This document shows, piece by piece, positions 54,287 to 64,000 of a stretch of DNA of 64,000 bases. The first letter of the stretch is position 1; each line of letters starts with the position of its first letter. A program made the translations under genes and the position numbers. Source of the DNA: the human T2T-CHM13v2.0 reference genome, Homo sapiens. The stretch lies in assembly GCF_009914755.1 (NCBI RefSeq), contig NC_060947.1. One strand, 5' to 3'. Below the pieces are notes generated by a model. That model was not told where the DNA came from. It saw only the letters and a program-made list of their open reading frames with translations, and did not search any database.

Positions 54287-55030
54287 TAGTCATCAGAGAA
54301 ATGCAAATCAAAACCACAATGAGATACCACTTCACCCTCACTAGGATGGCCATAATGTACAAAAATTGGTAATAGTAAGTGTTGATGAGGTTGTGGAGGG
54401 ATTAGAACCTTCAAACACTGTTGATAGGAATGTAAAATGCTGCAGCTACTTTGAAAACCAGTCTGCTGGTCCCTCAGAAAGTTAAACATGGAGTTATCAT
54501 ATTACCCTGCAATTCCACTCCAAAATGTATATGCAAGAGATTGGAGACATATTAACACAAAATTTTGTACATTAATATCCATACTAGCATTATTCATAGT
54601 AGCCCAAAGTGGAGACAACCCAAATGTCCGTCAACTAAACAAAATGTGGTAACAGCCATGCAATGGAATATTATTTGTAAGTAACGAAGAATGAAATACT
54701 GATATATGCTATAACATTATGCAAAGGAAAGGAGCCAGACACAAAGGCCACATACTGTATGTTTCCATTTATATGAAATGTCCAGAATAGGCAAATCTGT
54801 AGCAACAGAAAGTAGACTGGTGATTGTCTAGGGCCGAGGCAGGGGATAGGATGAGGGGAATGAGGAGTGACTGCTAATGGGTGTGGGGTTTCTCCTGTGG
54901 GTGATGAAAATGTTCTAGAATTGACTGTGGTTGCACAACTTTGTGACTATACTAAAACCATTGTACACTGTAGGTGGGTGAATGAACAGTGTGTGAATTA
55001 TATCTTAATAAAAGCTGTTAGAAAAAAAAT
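54287..55030 (+). mobile_element. Old L1M 3' fragment
   Basis: CAGAGAAATGCAAATCAAAACCACAATGAGATACCAC...TCTTAATAAAAGCTG. Confidence 0.7.
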
Positions 55031-56668
55031 GCTACACATGGCAAGGCATGAAGGCACAGGAACATAGTGTATTACAACTATTATAGAATGGGAATGGACA
55101 AGTCTGGGGGTAGGGGTCAGATTATGGAGGACCTGAAGGCAGTAAGAAGCAACAAGAACATTTTAGAAATATCAATCCATGTATGGAAAATCGGTGGGAT
55201 GGAGCAGGTTGGAAAGAGGATGGGTAGTTAAGACTATTGCAATAGACTCAATATCAGCTGATGAAGGCTGAGACAAAATGATGGTGGTAGGGACAGAGAC
55301 AGGGAAGAAAGAACATAAAAGATTTTTAAGATGCCAAAGCAAAAGGATTTTGTGATGATCAGGTGAGTGGGCAGGGAAGATGGAAGGGAGGGATTTTTCT
55401 TATACATCCTTGTGTCCTCAGCTACTTTAATATGCCTGACACAAAACAGTGCCCAATAATATTTGGGGAATAAATGAATGAATGAAGTGGATGATTACAT
55501 TTTCAGAGTTGCTGTTACCTAATAGAGACCTTTGGGACACAGCAAGGGATTTTTTGCGGGGAGTGGGATGGAGGGACTGTAACATTTGGAGAATGGATAC
55601 TTTTGTATGAGGGGAATGTCTATTTCAGAGAGAGAAATTAAAAATGATAGATCCCAAGGTACATTTGACCTCTCTCAGTTTGCTTATGGCCAGCCTGCTG
55701 TATGCCTGTGGAATTTTTTTTAAATGAGGAATTATAAAATGTCTGTAAACTCCATCTAACTGTGGTGCCTTCAGGCTTTTGTATCCATTAGCCAAGTAGA
55801 CAGAATTGATTCTCACAAGAGGGAATACAACATGCTCAGATAAATATTTTACTGAGGCTCCCTAACTAATGATATCACCACCAGAAACCACTTAGATAAT
55901 TTTGTTCTTCCATCAGTTTCTCCTGGCTAGCCATGGCCAGCCTTACCCCACTATGATACATCCTGAAATGATAAAGTTGGAAAACCTAGCTTGCATATAC
56001 CACAACTTAAGAGTTGAAAGTTGTGACCTAATTTTCAATCAGAGAAGAATCATCTCTGAAGATGGTTTACATACCAGAAGACGAAGTGTTCCTATTTGTA
56101 ACAACAGGACATTTCCACAGATGAATCCACTCTGTATAGTCATGGAAGAACAACTTTTATTTGTAGATTGGGATGGGAGCAGGAAGAGGTTGTGGTTTTG
56201 CCTTATTCTGATCCACTATCAGCTTATTAGCTATGGTAGATGAGGTGGCTTCCTGTGGATCTTCTCTTCCTGCTTCAGCAAGAGAAGCTTGTGGATGAGT
56301 AATGGAAAATTCTGCATTTGCCTGGTGTTTTAAGTATTCACAAGGGAGTCCCAGGTCCAAGCTTGTGGGCAGTACTTGGGCTTACTTATGGCAAAAGGAA
56401 AAAATACAGAGTGTCTGGGGGTCTCCCTGGGAACCAGTTAATGATTAGAGTGATTGGAACCAACTAGACCAGTCAGGAACACTTACTGAAAAGGAGAGTT
56501 ATGAACAGGTAAGCTTTCTGAAGAAGGGTTTCTCCTTTCTTTATCAAATGATCTTTAGTTAAAGTATGATCAGCAAACTTGGAAGGTGAACTCGAGTTTG
56601 GATATGAGAAGTAGTAAAAAATAATGTTGAGTCTTTTCTAGGGCTAAGGTTCTGGTTCAAGAATCTGT

Positions 56669-56998
<330 letters not shown>

Positions 56999-57903
56999 TC
57001 AGTGGAATCATCCTGTGCACTTTGGGAAACTAAGCCTTACCTGGAGTAATTCTATCTTACTTTGGGTTTGGACTACTCACATCTTTGGAGCATCCTGGGA
57101 TGTCTCTTGATGTGGCTGATGCCCTGTGGGCTGTAGTCTCTGAATGGTTTCCTATCCAGTGTGCTCTTTGGACACTTAACAACTATAGCTACAGTTACTG
57201 CTCTACACCCATCACTTCTGAGCTAAATAACACAGGAAACAAATTGGCAAATTAGACTTACAAGAACTCTCACCCGGTATCAAGCTTTACTAATAATCTC
57301 AAGGATACAAGTAATTATGAGGCACAGACAAAGCAGAGAGAGGTCAGCGACTGCCAGTGCAGCTCTCTTGGTCCTTTTTTGGGTAACACTAAGATGCACA
57401 CTAGCCCAGATTTAACATATAAAGTAGCGAAACAATGTATATAGTCATTAGTTACAGAAAAGAGGGCTACCTTGGTGATAGTATGTCCATTTGTCTTTGG
57501 ATCAACTTCAGGTGATTTGTAATCCTTTGCTCTTTCCTTGGGCAGGTTGGGTTCCAGTCTTAAGTCTATTTCCTTCAGAGAGCAGCCCATCAGGGCAGCC
57601 TCTGTCTGGGGGTGGTCAAAACCAGCTCCAAACTCAAACCAGTTAGGGATGCCTGGCACTAACCTATAAGATGAATCTCATCAGCTCTCAGGCACAGTCC
57701 CTTTGGGGAGATCCTTATCATCCCTCTTTGCCTGCAAAACTTCCACAGGGGGTCTTTGTGGTGCGGTTCAACTCTTGCCCCTGCCAGGGAAACTGATAGA
57801 AGCCAGAATGCCTGCCAGTTAGGATAATTTTGGCTGCAAGTAACAGAAAGCCCTGATTCAAAGTGGCTCAATCAGTAAGAAAATTTCTTACATAGCTTAC
57901 ATG

Positions 57904-61946
<4,043 letters not shown>

Positions 61947-62776
61947 CATGACGTTTTCCAGAGAGCCATGCCCCATAAATACAAACATTCCAAGTTTGTT
62001 TACCATAAACAATGCTAGATGAACCAAATACATTCTCCTGAAAACATTCCATAGATAAGGACTGTCCTGCTAGTTTAATATTATTAGTTTGTTTGCCAGG
62101 AGATCTGTTATTAGCATGTGTACAAGGAGATTTGAGTAACTCACTTTTTTTTCTTCCCAGGAAATCCTTCGGTTGGAGAGACTGGGTTGCAGCTTGCTGC
62201 TAATCCTTTCCTTATCAGTTTCCAAAGAACAAGAGTGGGAGGCAGGGTGCCTTCTGTGTTTGTGTATGGCTGTCCAGATTGTGGAAGCTCTGGGGCACTG
62301 GGGAAATGAGGGTTTTAGAGTTGGGCATACAGACAGATGACTTAACCAACTGAAGCTCAAATCTCAGCTGTCCCCTTTTTGTGTTACTTTAGGGAGTTAG
62401 TACAGCTGTCACCTTATCTGAAGAATGAGAATACTATCTACCTCATTGGTTTATTTTTATAAGCATAGAAGTCTTTTTCGCATGAAAATACTTTTTAAGC
62501 TTTAACAAGCTATACCCATGTACTGTATTACTGTTGTTATCAGTGGATGTCTGTAGCCCTTTCTATTTGGATGTCCATTTGTGGCCTGTTCCAAGGTTGG
62601 TGGCTCTGACTCTTGGCTGCAAAGCCTTTTAGTGGCTGAAGCTCTGTATTAGCAGCAAGACATCCTGGATGACAGAAATCCTTTGTTTTGGAAACAAAAA
62701 GTAGACCCGGGTCTACTTTTAGAGCACCACATTTTTCATTATATTTATTTTCACAGTCTACAATTTTATATATTTA

Positions 62777-63675
<899 letters not shown>

Positions 63676-64000
63676 ATGATTATCTTTTATAAAGTTGTTT
63701 GTCAGACATTTAGACTGTCTGTAATTTTTCATAGAGATAAATACAACTATAAAGAACATATTTTCTAATAAAAATTATACTTACCTAAATCTGTCTTTTA
63801 ACTTTGTTCCTGTAGGTTTTTTCCTATTTGTGGAAATTTTATATACATGTAGAAAAGTTCATGTAAATGTTCAGTTCAATGAATTGCCACAATAAAATAT
63901 TACCTGCATCTAAAGCCCCCCTCATGTTTTCTTCCAGTAATTATGCCATCAGGCTCCACTCTTGTGTTTGGCTTCTTTTGTTCAACATTCGTCTATATTG

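Overview
Primate (apparently human) repeat-rich genomic DNA. The only gene is an intronless ORF on the minus strand (25049-27502, 817 aa from a strong-Kozak ATG), which I recognise as the X-linked SAGA-subunit retrogene SUPT20HL2 (FAM48B2). Directly upstream is a CpG-rich array of four ~165-bp units. Each unit carries an ETS-like site and a CAG|GTAC 5' splice site facing one strong 3' splice site 20 nt before the ATG, so it reads as a tandem array of promoter/first-exon cassettes; this is the most interesting signal in the window. The rest is transposon-derived: ~28 Alus (one AluYd-type), a human-specific pre-Ta L1HS stub 1.1 kb downstream of the gene, a 2.9-kb L1PA, a complete MER57 provirus (two LTRs, PBS, PPT, TSD), solo LTRs (THE1, MST, MLT2A1, MER57, MER21) and MITEs (MADE1, MER8, MER81, Tigger3a, MER20, MER5). 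Several small templated or inverted insertions are visible. Repeat subfamily names come from my recollection of consensus sequences and need RepeatMasker confirmation; most boundaries are approximate.
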